This document shows positions 12,801-25,708 of a DNA stretch of 64,000 nt, in pieces. The notes beneath the pieces are model-generated. The model did no database searches. It saw nothing but the letters and a program-made list of their open reading frames with translations, and had not been told where the DNA came from. Each line of letters starts with the position of its first letter. Within the stretch, counting starts at the first letter, position 1. Source of the DNA: Antedon mediterranea (lineage: Eukaryota > Animalia > Echinodermata); assembly GCF_964355755.1 (NCBI RefSeq), contig NC_092673.1, positions 28,579,648-28,643,647 of the forward strand, given 5' to 3'. The position numbers and the translations under genes are program-made.

Positions 12801-14439
12801 TCATTTTAGACACCTCATCAAATTTAGAAGCAGCAATGACATAATCATCACGAGAACCACAGAACTTCTTGCAATTTTCTAAGTAGAGAGCCACTCTCTC
12901 ATTCCACCGCCTTGTGTGTTGTTCTAAGACTTGTTGGCGAAGCTGTGATGGACTGTTACCGAGACCGCGGTACTTTAGAAGCTGCAGGACCCGGTTGTCG
13001 CAGGCCAAGTGATACGAAAGTACAACAGGAAACTGAAGGCGATGTGCTAAATCAAGTTGCTTTAAAATGTTTTCACTCCAGCCAATTTGTCTTTGTTTGC
13101 AATTAGAGCACCTCAGTTGCTCTGTTGCAAGAAAGTAGTGGCAGTCTAAATCCAGGACCGGACGAACGATTCCATGGAGGCCGCCTGATGTTAGTGGATA
13201 GCTCTTGCATTCTGGCCGAGGGCAGACCAGCTTGACCTGCCAAGTCTTGCGGGGCAACCAAAGAAGAAGACGATGACCGAAGTAACTGTTGGCCATGGGT
13301 ATGTTTTTGTTGAGCGGATCCGGTTGAGGTGGATAATACCAAAGTTGTTTGAGTTTAGTTGAATCCAACTCTGCAGTCCCCTTCTTCGATTTCTTGAATA
13401 AGGTTTTTGAAATCCACTGCTGATCGATCTCGGGCAAGTTCTTCTTCCATTTATCTGGTATGAGACAATCTGCAAGAAAAACCAAAACAAAATTGTATAA
13501 TTTATGAAACTACATTATGTAATTTTCATTTTCTAGTTTTAAAAATCAAACAAAATAATTAAAATTACACTGAAATAAACTACCTTCACTCTGTTTGATA
13601 GTTATTGTAGTGGATGGCATAGTACTAACAGGTTCATAAGATGTATTTGGTTGAGCTGTAAGACGGAAAATTAAAGAATATTTAGCAGTAAACTACTACT
13701 TCATTCGCTATCTACAGTATGCTATAAAACAATGTATTTAAACAACACGATTTTATGATTGAGTATAAATGAATGCATAAAAAAAAACGTAAACCCAGCA
13801 AGCCTACAACATACACAGGCACTAAAAATGCAAAACCTGAAATTTGTAATTTAGAAAATGCACAAAAAACACAAATATGGAATAAGTCTTACCTGGTGCA
13901 TATGAGGTTGATGGTTGCAAAGAAGCATCAAAGACATCAGTACCAGAAAGTGTTTCATCTGTGACATCCTCAACCTGTTGTAGCTTAATGCCAACAGGTA
14001 TGTACGATGTCTGTCTAGTTGGGCATTTCCTGCGGCGTTTTATTTCTTTCATTGCTATGGCTTCTTTGCCTTCTGGGAAAGACTCCAAGTACCTCTTAAA
14101 GTTGAATTTGTTAATACTAAGTGAACTTGTACTTGGAATTTCATTAGCCATTTTAATAACAAAACATACTGCATATTCCAGTACATTTTCGACCATCCAC
14201 TTGAATGTTTGTCCACTGTATTTACTATGCTGAAACTTGTAGCAGCCCAACACATCACATTCATCTTTGGTGTTTCCACCCAGCCTGCACACCTCCTTCA
14301 AGGCATCTTGGCGTACATCATCAGGAGTTAGACACTTGCCAGTTGGTCGTTTTCTCAAGCTGTTAAATACTACAGCAGCAGATGTATCTTCAAGAATTAA
14401 GGCACCCTCTTCACTGCGCCGAAAAGTTGGTCTGAACAT
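9837..14439 (-). CDS. Putative DDE transposase, 1251 aa, 8 coding exons: 14439-13893, 13655-13584, 13469-12673, 12553-11758, 11658-11159, 11050-10788, 10706-10458, 10368-9837
   Basis: GT-AG exons sum to 3756 nt (1251 aa + TGA) with consistent phases. Motifs KIDSTK (D1), LYVDRDCC (D2), RLDIWH (DxxH) and RGSTSLESFH (E) match the pattern of the C/DxxH group of DDE transposases (MULE/IS256/ISL3/hAT/P). Also a Cys-pair domain CPRPEC...CSNC (DUF6729-like from recollection, needs HMM check) and a C-terminal CxxC-H-C finger. Confidence 0.82.
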
Positions 14440-15970
14440 ACTGTACTGTCTATTGAACACCTGCAAAACTAAAAAAACTGATCAAAGGCAAAAATATATG
14501 TAAGTAAAGTATGTAAAAAAGAAAATTTTACCCGTATAATGCCACTGTGCACCGTGCAGTTGTAGTAAATGGCTGTAAATAAAAGAAAATCAAATCTAAA
14601 TAAAATAAAATATCTGTGGGTTAAAATTTCTCAAGTAATAATTAATAGTAGACCAAGACTTTAAATGTAAAATATTAATAAAATGAATTACATGTAGCAT
14701 TAAAACATATCTACTAAGAACAAACTATTTTATCTAAATTAAATTAAGAAAATATTACATATGAATAATTATGTTTTTTTTTCAATTAAAAAAACTATAT
14801 AAAGAATTACAACATAAATTAGAGTAAACTGAATAATCTTTGTTTATTAAACAGTGTATGTATCAACTCTTTGATCCCTGAGCACTTCCTTTAATGCAAT
14901 CAAATTATTTGAGAATCTTATCTAAATCCACAAATACAGTTGATTGCCTAATTAAACGAATGCTTTAGATCAAAGAGTTGAAGCCTACACTTAATTAAAC
15001 AATCATTATAATAAAAGTTAAATTGTTTATCTATCAATTAAAAGGGTTGACATGTGAACAAGGCTTTAGTCTGTTTCCCATGGATGCTATTCTGATACAG
15101 CACACATTTAGTTGTTTATAGTTTAAAATTATGTTTAGGCCTAAAATCTATTACAGGGTACATAGGCTAGTCTAACTAGTAGTAGGATTGTTAAAATATT
15201 AAATAAATTAAACTTTAAAGAATAGCTTAATTACTTTAAACTAAATTTATTTACTATGGGATGGTTCTACGATAAATACTAATCTAAGCCTAGGCCTAGT
15301 CTAAACTACTGTAGTAAGTTTTGAAGAAAAAAAATAACAGGGAGCCCTAAGTAGGTAGCATCTTACTAGGGCCTAGCACTTACAGGCCCATGGTTTGACT
15401 TACAATTCATGGCAACCAAAAAAGATCTAGGCCTACCTAGAGGTCTTTCTATCTAGCCTACTAGCTAGGCCTAGGCTATATAGGCCTAGTAAATACATTA
15501 ATTAAAGTAAGTGTCGAGTGACACTATCTAACCCTAACTAACCTATAAAGGCATGCGTTATTGTTAATACTTTATGAAATATATGTAGGCCTACTGGTAA
15601 TTAGGGGGATAAGTAATAATAGCAAATGCATTTTACCACACACAGAGCAGACTACCGCCAACAAGAATTAGCGTCGGCACCCATACAAACACATTTGCTA
15701 GGCCATGGCATAGTTTCTATTGACTATGGCTAGGCCTAGACCAAACAAGTTATCAACACTTTAAATGCCGATTTCAAGCATGAAATCAATTTCGCTCTTA
15801 CCTTTAATGCAAGTACACGTTCGAGTTGAATACAGCTACTACCAGAATTCGCCTTGAAATTAATAATAATAAGTCTAGAGGATTTGTAAAAAGATGTTGT
15901 CGCATGTAAGTCTCTGGACAAAATCTCATCATTGTTTGTGTTGTGAAAAACTTGTTGAAGTCACATATTA

Positions 15971-16106
15971 ATTACGTCACTTTTCAGTGTTCTGATTGGT
16001 CAAAATGACAAATTTGGAACAATTTTTCTAATGCCCTGATTACGTCACTTTTCAGTGCTCTGATTGTTCAACTTTTGGAACGCTTTCCGCTGCTCTGATT
16101 GGTCAA
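15971..16106 (-). promoter_or_regulatory. Putative element promoter: repeated CCAAT + TGACGTAA modules (copy 2 at 23515-23650)
   Basis: ATTACGTCACTTTTCAGTG[T/C]TCTGATTG[G/T]TCAA at 15971-16003 and 16039-16071, plus a partial third copy at 16092-16106. On the minus strand these read CCAAT-like box then ATF/CRE-like site, upstream of the transposase gene. Confidence 0.5.
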
Positions 16107-16163
16107 TCAGTTGTTCAATTCATTGTCCAATTCTACAGCACATATTGGGTTATTTGTAGTACT

Positions 16164-19100
16164 AAGGGTACAACTCAATCTTCTCACTCGAAACGGTAAA
16201 GAACGCAAAAATAAATGGACAAGAAATGGACAGAGCCATGTGGGGTCATTAAAACTGAATTGGACTGGGTCATTAGATAATGAGGAAACTAGACAATTGG
16301 CCAATGGGACCCAAGAATCTAGGAGGTTGTTTTGAATACCGGCATACTAAAAACTGTCAATTTTAGGGGTTTATCACATGATCGATGTATTAAATGAATA
16401 AAAATATTAAATAATAGAATAATAAGACTTAAATTTTTTGTTAAAAGTTGAGAAAGTCGACATTTTTTTCATCCAATTTTCGAAAAATCCTTGTACTACA
16501 GTACATGAATTTTGTTTTTTAAAACACGGTAAATTCGACTACAATATGTATGTTGTATTAATCGTTAGTTCTTTTAATATGACGAGACGTTTTTTGTTGT
16601 GTTTTTAGGGTGTGAACAATTGTCAATCAAAATTGTATATATATGTTAAATACTATGTAACTATTTAAAAAACCCACCCTGACTTCTGATTGGCCAACCA
16701 TATTCCAAGTAGTTTGATAAGTCAGCCTTTTTAAAAAATGTAGACAAAATTACCGTTAACTTTGTCTGGGGCTTTTTTTCTAGGCCACATGGTATCATAG
16801 GATATGTGTAACTGTAAGAGGAGTAACTGAAGGTTACTGGATAATAACCTCTATAGTATGAGTTATTATCAAAATATATTATTAGAATTGGTGGAATGAA
16901 TTATTTGATTCACATCAAAATGAATTGTAGTGGAATTGCTCTTGAAATAAATATAAAATAGTTGAGAATTTACACTACAAGAATATAGAATTCACCATTT
17001 AATGTACACTCAACTGCAAAAGTTTCCCCTCTGCTTTTTTTGTAAGGGCTTGGGACCTTCAAATACAAAGTGCAATGAATGATATAATGTAAATTATAAT
17101 GTAATAATTAAAACTGAATGTAATTTATAAAAATTACAAAATAATTTACAACATTAATCATTGCTCTTTGGATTTGGCAGCATTAAAAACTTTTTTTTTT
17201 TATTATTATTATTAACTTTACTGCACATTCAGAATACCATTAGATATGGTGGCCCAATGGCCAAATTGCATAAAATACAAATATTTTGTAAAAAGTGAAT
17301 ATAAAATCACAGAACAAATAAAAATTGAAGATATACGAAACAGTATAAAAACTATCCATGGCTACAACAATCATTTGGAATCATTCTTTTTGCTGCTTTT
17401 TTTTCCTCTCTTGACGAAGGCGACGGATGGCAACCATAGCCGATTTCCATTCTTTAAAAGTCACATCAGATGTTGCAGCACAATACCAATTTCCATAGTA
17501 CTGAGTGTGGTTCTTATTTAATCTTGGTTGCTTACACTTTGAGCACACAATCGCAGACGTTCTTGGTTTGTATATTTTGATCGGTTTCCCTTCCGATATG
17601 TCTTTAGCCACTCGTTTTCTGTACAAGAGGGTAGTTCTAGGAATACGAGTACTGCTAGCCTCAGGGACTGACGGTGGTGGTTTTGCTATCTCGCCAGGAA
17701 CTGGGATCGACGGTCTGTTTCCTAGAGTCGCTAGGCCGGAAGTGTTTTTTGGTAGGACAAATGTGAAAGATGGAGCGCTTGTATGAACGTTTAGCACCGC
17801 TGGCTTGGTTAAAGGTTCAAGTAGGGTTTTATCAGAGACAAGTTTGGGTATTGTTGCCGAGATGCCAGATTCCAACACTTGCCGCTCTTGCTTCTTTGAC
17901 GTTCTGTTGTACCTGTTGAAAATAAATCAAACACAGTATTTAAAAACTTTAATGTATTTACTGTAGCGTAAAATAACAATCAATAACAAGTAAAAACTCA
18001 CCACTGGATGAGTGTCGTACGATTTATCTCCATCAACTGAAGCTTAGCAAACAACATCAGGTGTCCATTCGATAGCACTTTCCGACGAATGTTCTTGTAG
18101 CCTTTGGTAATGAGCGGCCAGCGCTGGAAACGTTTACCTTCGATAGATACGGTAGATGGATACGCTTCACATAGTTTTGTAATAATGCACTCCATATATC
18201 GATTGCAGTCCGGCCACTGAGCTGGCCCGGTGTTCTGACCTAAGAAGCATCTTTTAAAAAAAAAACAAAGAAACAAGTTAGATTTAAGACACATCATGCA
18301 ACAAAGTAAAAAACGCTGGAAACTGCCTTACCGTCGAGTGCTTTCGACACCAGGTATTACGGAAGTAGTTTTACTTTTCTTGAACCTGCCTTTCGTCAGG
18401 TAATCTTGATGCCGTGCTTTGCGCTTAATGGTTTTGTCATAAGCATCCAGGTTGTTCCACAACTTTGCGACATGTTCAGCATGACTTTGACTTATCACTC
18501 CACTGTCTTCCTTAAACTGCATAAGGTAGTCTGCCAGGGCTTCAACTTTGGCGTAGCCTGGAATGTTGTCCGGTCCAGTGGAATCCTCAAGTTCCTAAAT
18601 TGTAAAATATGAAAACAAAATATATAATCAGACTCGTGCATTGTATTTCAAAACAGAAACAAAATTTGTGAGGTAGAAGCTAATGATACAAATTTAACTC
18701 ACTGTGTCAAAAAGGGCTGCTTTTCCTTCACCATCATCATCATCATTATCGTCACATGAAGGCAAGGGCTCCAGCTGGGGTGGTGAGGGTTCTTTAGCAT
18801 TTCGAGGTTTAAAACAACGCTTAGGTGGTTTGTAGTCTGGTTGAGTCTTGTCATCATACCCTTCATCAACATCAAAAGTGTAAATTTCTTCATCAAAGTC
18901 TTCATCATAAATGGTATCTGTTTTGACAGGAAATTGAGTTTCGAGCACTTTGTTCGACTGGTTGTACAGGTACTCCACTCCGATGAGTTCTCCAGTGTAC
19001 TTGTTTGGAATGATAAAACTTTTGTACACTTTTTTGCCAATCACTTGCTCTGCCAGTATGTTGAGAGCATGCTGATGCAGTCCACTATATGTACTGGAGA

Positions 19101-22100
19101 TGGTTCCTCCAGACTGGGTAGCGGCTAGTGCACGGTTTGCATTCCATCGAACAAGTCCATCCATCAGGTAAGCTTGGAAATGTAAGTCGCTAGCACGCTC
19201 ACCTGAGAAAAAAATAAAACATCCATAATAATGAAATAATACAAAAATTTGTAGATCGGTTTGAAGATTTGGTAGATACCAAATAAAAAGTAATACTGTA
19301 CCTGGAATAAACCTGTTAAGGTGAAGATGAAACGATTCCAAAGAAGTGGAGCCTCTTGCGCAACGATATACTGGCAAGGTAACTCCACCCTTAAGCATCT
19401 CACTGGTTTTTGTGTAGAGCGGGATGCCTTCTGGATCCTGGATGCAGGCGATGTGTCGCTCTTGTGAGCTCCAGATATCCCAGGTCTGTTCAGAGTCTAA
19501 GAGTGGGACGCCCATTGTGTCACGGCCTTCTTCACCATCGAGGGAAGTCAGCAGCTCTCGGATTAGGTTGGCAGTCTCGCGAGTCCCTCGTGTTGTCCTG
19601 CGACAATGTAAAGCATACTCCTTCTTGCTGATGTTTTTCAATATGATGTCGTCTGTTGGGTTGGAATGCTTCTTGCTTGCAATGAGCTGTTCACGCTTGG
19701 CGAGCTTCAGACGTTCAACATCGTCAGCGCTCCACTCAAAAATGCAAGCGGAAAGACGTTTGAGAAATATCGGATACAACTGATGTGATTCTGTTGAACA
19801 AGCTGCAGCAATTCTCCTCATGAAGTGCCAGATGTCCAGACGAATTTTCATGTCAGGCCAGGCGCTGAACATCTTCCTTATGCTTGAATGACCGCAGCAG
19901 TCACGGTCGACGTAGAGAATCTCGGGAGGAGGTACGCCTGCCAAAGCATATCGGTTAATGATGCCGTTTGTCATGTTGTTTAAGCCACATCCTTCTGCAG
20001 CAGTCAGGACTGTAATGAGCACCTGGCCGTACTCATTTCCGACGTTTGTTGCCCACGCTCCTGTTCCACATGCACGACCGGCTAGCTTCCTTACAATCTG
20101 CAAAAAAACCCAAACAAATTTATTCGGAAGAAAGCTTCCCCACAATCTGCAAAAAAAAAAAAATTCAAATAATTAAAAGTAAATTGCAGAAATAGTATTG
20201 TTTATAAATTATTTACCCTTTTGGTCGAGTCAATCTTCAACACTCTTCCGAACGTCGATGTGATAGAAGCCTTGAGTTCGTCGATTCTTCCCATTACTTC
20301 GTTGCAGTAGATGGTAAGGAACCATTGGACAGAGGGAACAGGAATCATTTTAGACACCTCATCAAATTTAGAAGCAGCAATGACATAATCATCACGAGAA
20401 CCACAGAACTTCTTGCAATTTTCTAAGTAGAGAGCCACTCTCTCATTCCACCGCCTTGTGTGTTGTTCTAAGACTTGTTGGCGAAGCTGTGATGGACTGT
20501 TACCGAGACCGCGGTACTTTAGAAGCTGCAGGACCCGGTTGTCGCAGGCCAAGTGATACGAAAGTACAACAGGAAACTGAAGGCGATGTGCTAAATCAAG
20601 TTGCTTTAAAATGTTTTCACTCCAGCCAATTTGTCTTTGTTTGCAATTAGAGCACCTCAGTTGCTCTGTTGCAAGAAAGTAGTGGCAGTCTAAATCCAGG
20701 ACCGGACGAACGATTCCATGGAGGCCGCCTGATGTTAGTGGATAGCTCTTGCATTCTGGCCGAGGGCAGACCAGCTTGACCTGCCAAGTCTTGCGGGGCA
20801 ACCAAAGAAGAAGACGATGACCGAAGTAACTGTTGGCCATGGGTATGTTTTTGTTGAGCGGATCCGGTTGAGGTGGATAATACCAAAGTTGTTTGAGTTT
20901 AGTTGAATCCAACTCTGCAGTCCCCTTCTTCGATTTCTTGAATAAGGTTTTTGAAATCCACTGCTGATCGATCTCGGGCAAGTTCTTCTTCCATTTATCT
21001 GGTATGAGACAATCTGCAAGAAAAACCAAAACAAAATTGTATAATTTATGAAACTACATTATGTAATTTTCATTTTCTAGTTTTAAAAATCAAACAAAAT
21101 AATTAAAATTACACTGAAATAAACTACCTTCACTCTGTTTGATAGTTATTGTAGTGGATGGCATAGTACTAACAGGTTCATAAGATGTATTTGGTTGAGC
21201 TGTAAGACGGAAAATTAAAGAATATTTAGCAGTAAACTACTACTTCATTCGCTATCTACAGTATGCTATAAAACAATGTATTTAAACAACACGATTTTAT
21301 GATTGAGTATAAATGAATGCATAAAAAAAAACGTAAACCCAGCAAGCCTACAACATACACAGGCACTAAAAATGCAAAACCTGAAATTTGTAATTTAGAA
21401 AATGCACAAAAAACACAAATATGGAATAAGTCTTACCTGGTGCATATGAGGTTGATGGTTGCAAAGAAGCATCAAAGACATCAGTACCAGAAAGTGTTTC
21501 ATCTGTGACATCCTCAACCTGTTGTAGCTTAATGCCAACAGGTATGTACGATGTCTGTCTAGTTGGGCATTTCCTGCGGCGTTTTATTTCTTTCATTGCT
21601 ATGGCTTCTTTGCCTTCTGGGAAAGACTCCAAGTACCTCTTAAAGTTGAATTTGTTAATACTAAGTGAACTTGTACTTGGAATTTCATTAGCCATTTTAA
21701 TAACAAAACATACTGCATATTCCAGTACATTTTCGACCATCCACTTGAATGTTTGTCCACTGTATTTACTATGCTGAAACTTGTAGCAGCCCAACACATC
21801 ACATTCATCTTTGGTGTTTCCACCCAGCCTGCACACCTCCTTCAAGGCATCTTGGCGTACATCATCAGGAGTTAGACACTTGCCAGTTGGTCGTTTTCTC
21901 AAGCTGTTAAATACTACAGCAGCAGATGTATCTTCAAGAATTAAGGCACCCTCTTCACTGCGCCGAAAAGTTGGTCTGAACATACTGTACTGTCTATTGA
22001 ACACCTGCAAAACTAAAAAAACTGATCAAAGGCAAAAATATATGTAAGTAAAGTATGTAAAAAAGAAAATTTTACCCGTATAATGCCACTGTGCACCGTG

Positions 22101-23708
22101 CAGTTGTAGTAAATGGCTGTAAATAAAAGAAAATCAAATCTAAATAAAATAAAATATCTGTGGGTTAAAATTTCTCAAGTAATAATTAATAGTAGACCAA
22201 GACTTTAAATGTAAAATATTAATAAAATGAATTACATGTAGCATTAAAACATATCTACTAAGAACAAACTATTTTATCTAAATTAAATTAAGAAAATATT
22301 ACATATGAATAATTATGTTTTTTTTTCAATTAAAAAAACTATATAAAGAATTACAACATAAATTAGAGTAAACTGAATAATCTTTGTTTATTAAACAGTG
22401 TATGTATCAACTCTTTGATCCCTGAGCACTTCCTTTAATGCAATCAAATTATTTGAGAATCTTATCTAAATCCACAAATACAGTTGATTGCCTAATTAAA
22501 CGAATGCTTTAGATCAAAGAGTTGAAGCCTACACTTAATTAAACAATCATTATAATAAAAGTTAAATTGTTTATCTATCAATTAAAAGGGTTGACATGTG
22601 AACAAGGCTTTAGTCTGTTTCCCATGGATGCTATTCTGATACAGCACACATTTAGTTGTTTATAGTTTAAAATTATGTTTAGGCCTAAAATCTATTACAG
22701 GGTACATAGGCTAGTCTAACTAGTAGTAGGATTGTTAAAATATTAAATAAATTAAACTTTAAAGAATAGCTTAATTACTTTAAACTAAATTTATTTACTA
22801 TGGGATGGTTCTACGATAAATACTAATCTAAGCCTAGGCCTAGTCTAAACTACTGTAGTAAGTTTTGAAGAAAAAAAATAACAGGGAGCCCTAAGTAGGT
22901 AGCATCTTACTAGGGCCTAGCACTTACAGGCCCATGGTTTGACTTACAATTCATGGCAACCAAAAAAGATCTAGGCCTACCTAGAGGTCTTTCTATCTAG
23001 CCTACTAGCTAGGCCTAGGCTATATAGGCCTAGTAAATACATTAATTAAAGTAAGTGTCGAGTGACACTATCTAACCCTAACTAACCTATAAAGGCATGC
23101 GTTATTGTTAATACTTTATGAAATATATGTAGGCCTACTGGTAATTAGGGGGATAAGTAATAATAGCAAATGCATTTTACCACACACAGAGCAGACTACC
23201 GCCAACAAGAATTAGCGTCGGCACCCATACAAACACATTTGCTAGGCCATGGCATAGTTTCTATTGACTATGGCTAGGCCTAGACCAAACAAGTTATCAA
23301 CACTTTAAATGCCGATTTCAAGCATGAAATCAATTTCGCTCTTACCTTTAATGCAAGTACACGTTCGAGTTGAATACAGCTACTACCAGAATTCGCCTTG
23401 AAATTAATAATAATAAGTCTAGAGGATTTGTAAAAAGATGTTGTCGCATGTAAGTCTCTGGACAAAATCTCATCATTGTTTGTGTTGTGAAAAACTTGTT
23501 GAAGTCACATATTAATTACGTCACTTTTCAGTGTTCTGATTGGTCAAAATGACAAATTTGGAACAATTTTTCTAATGCCCTGATTACGTCACTTTTCAGT
23601 GCTCTGATTGTTCAACTTTTGGAACGCTTTCCGCTGCTCTGATTGGTCAATCAGTTGTTCAATTCATTGTCCAATTCTACAGCACATATTGGGTTATTTG
23701 TAGTACTA
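16164..23708 (-). mobile_element. 7544-bp putative autonomous DNA transposon, copy 2 of the dimer
   Basis: Matches copy 1 at offset 7544. Internal junction TTTGTAGTACTA|AGGGTACAAC at 16164/16165; right junction TTTGTAGTACTA|TAGTACAG at 23708/23709. Confidence 0.88.
17381..21983 (-). CDS. Putative DDE transposase, 1251 aa, copy 2 (exons of copy 1 shifted by +7544)
   Basis: ORF-track translations (214, 275, 483, 64, 99, 165 aa pieces) are identical to copy 1, with the same splice sites. Confidence 0.82.
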
Positions 23709-24420
23709 TAGTACAGCGATTTTTTTTTAAAAATGGCAAATTTTCGACCGTTTTATTTTTCGATAAATCTGGTTACTATAGCACAATTAACATGCACAGA
23801 CCCCATTAGTCGACTCTGCGCATGTTTATTATGCTATAGTAACCATTTATGTCAAAAACTGGTTACTATAGCATAATTGACATGCGCAGAACCCATTATT
23901 CGTCTCTGCGTATGTTTATTATGCAATAGTAATCATTTATGTCAAAAAATAAAAGGGTCGAAAATCGGCCATTTTTCGAAAATTTCCCTTTTTTTGGGGA
24001 AAAATGGCCAAAATATCCAATTTTTAAAACCAAATAATTATGCGATAATATTGCCATATATGCACATATACTGCGTTATCATCATCTTATAGAGCCATAG
24101 TAACTAGTTATGTAAAAAAATTAAAGGGTCGAAATTTGCAAATTTTTTGGAAAATTTCACTGTGCTATAGTACAGGGTTTTTTTTTTAAAGATTCCCAAA
24201 AAATCCACTTTTTAAAACCCAATAATTATGCGAAAATATTTCTTTATGCGCATATATTGTGTTATCATCATCTTATAGAGCCATAGTAACTAGTTATGTC
24301 ACACTATAGTACATGGATTTTTTTTAATGGCCAAATTTCAACCCTTTTATTTTTTTTACATAACTGGTTACTATATCGTAAATCGTCATGCGCAGAATCA
24401 CATAATGTGCTCTGCAAGTT
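23709..24420. repeat. Right part of the nested-hairpin repeat array
   Basis: 23709-23988 is a close copy of 8337-8614. More diverged units follow, separated by CTGTGCTATAGTACAGGG (~24160-24177) and ACTATAGTACATGG (~24303-24316). Confidence 0.85.
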
Positions 24421-25708
24421 ACCACCTCAACATCTGAGGAAAATAGATAATACACTTTTTTTCATAAAAATTACAAAATCACGACCGTTTTATTTTTCGT
24501 CATAATAATATAATAATAACAATAATATGACTCTAGCAATTATATGGCGTAATTGATTTTTTTTTATCGGTATTTTTTAGTCTTATACATTTTATTTTTC
24601 GACATAACTTGGTAGAAACTAATGAACTACAAGATGGTTTCCGACGCAATCTAGCAAATTATTGTTGAAAGGTTGATTTGTTTTGCCGAATAAACCAATT
24701 ACGGAGATGACAATGGCTGCTAGCGTGTACTTTAATAACGTCATCGTGTTTGGTATTAATCTCTTATTGCTTAATTCAGTATTTCCTCCGATACTCGTTA
24801 ACCTTGTGCCTAATAGTAGTCCTAGTTTGTGATATGTCGTATACTATTGTAACATTACAATTACAAACGTTTTATTTTATCAAACACAATATCTTACATA
24901 CGCTCCAAACGTTTATAGCTCTGTCTACACTATCAAATGTTATGTGACAACAAAAATGTGATGATATCTTTTCATACGGAGATGTAATCTTGGAACGCTA
25001 GGATGATGATCGCAGAAAAAAAGAAAGATATTCGTGCAGAAAACACATAATAGGTTGATTTATTTTATTATCTCTTAAAACAACTAAGTATCAACACGTA
25101 ATAACCGATTTACATGTAATTATGATAACATATATCAATAATACAATAAGTCACTAGTTGTCATAGTTTTTTAATCAAAAATATTTGGAATTTATGGTTC
25201 TGGCTATCCTGTCGGCGAGCAACTTAATTTTTTACTAAAAAGTGTTGTTTCTGGTCATATATTGTAATGGTTTTCATACACATCTAATGAATACGCAGAT
25301 CTCCATTAAAGGTGTGCACTTGACTCTGTGAAGATCGTGATTGTACCCTTCCTCCTTAGTTGTTGGGAGTGACTTGCGCCCACTACGTAGGCACCACGCA
25401 CGCGAGTACACCAATGACAGGCGACAGTTCGAATAATAGCCTACATCGCTTTTGATTGATCAAAACCCTTACGTTACGATTACGTCGATGTGTCGCGTTG
25501 CTAGTGGGAAGTTAGCATTATCACTAGAGACGTAATACAATTACGCAACGTAAATGATTTTACCAATCACAAGCGATGGATTATTCGCGCTCATTATCGC
25601 TTGTCATTGGTCAACGCACTTGCGTTTCGTTTACACCATAGCGTTGCGTCCTAGTGGGAACCAAGCTTTAAGGAGTTACACGAAGGGCCGCCGTCTGTGT
25701 GAACATTA

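Larger units (their letters stand above)
8620..16163 (-). mobile_element. 7544-bp putative autonomous DNA transposon, copy 1 of a head-to-tail dimer
   Basis: 8620-16163 recurs at offset +7544, with identical ORF-track proteins. Begins (A)AGGGTACAACTCAATC and ends GGGTTATTTGTAGTACT(A). Contains a transposase-like gene and interrupts a repeat array. Confidence 0.88.

Noticed and set aside
8620-23708. Helitron or other rolling-circle element explaining the tandem copies
   Set aside because: No HUH Rep or helicase motifs and no TC...CTRR ends; the protein shows DDE-like motifs instead.
8337-23988. Flanking ~285-bp direct repeats read as LTRs or KolobokP-type long direct repeats of the element
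   Set aside because: The repeat is absent from the dimer junction at 16164 and further units continue outward on both sides, so it is the host array. No gag/RT either.
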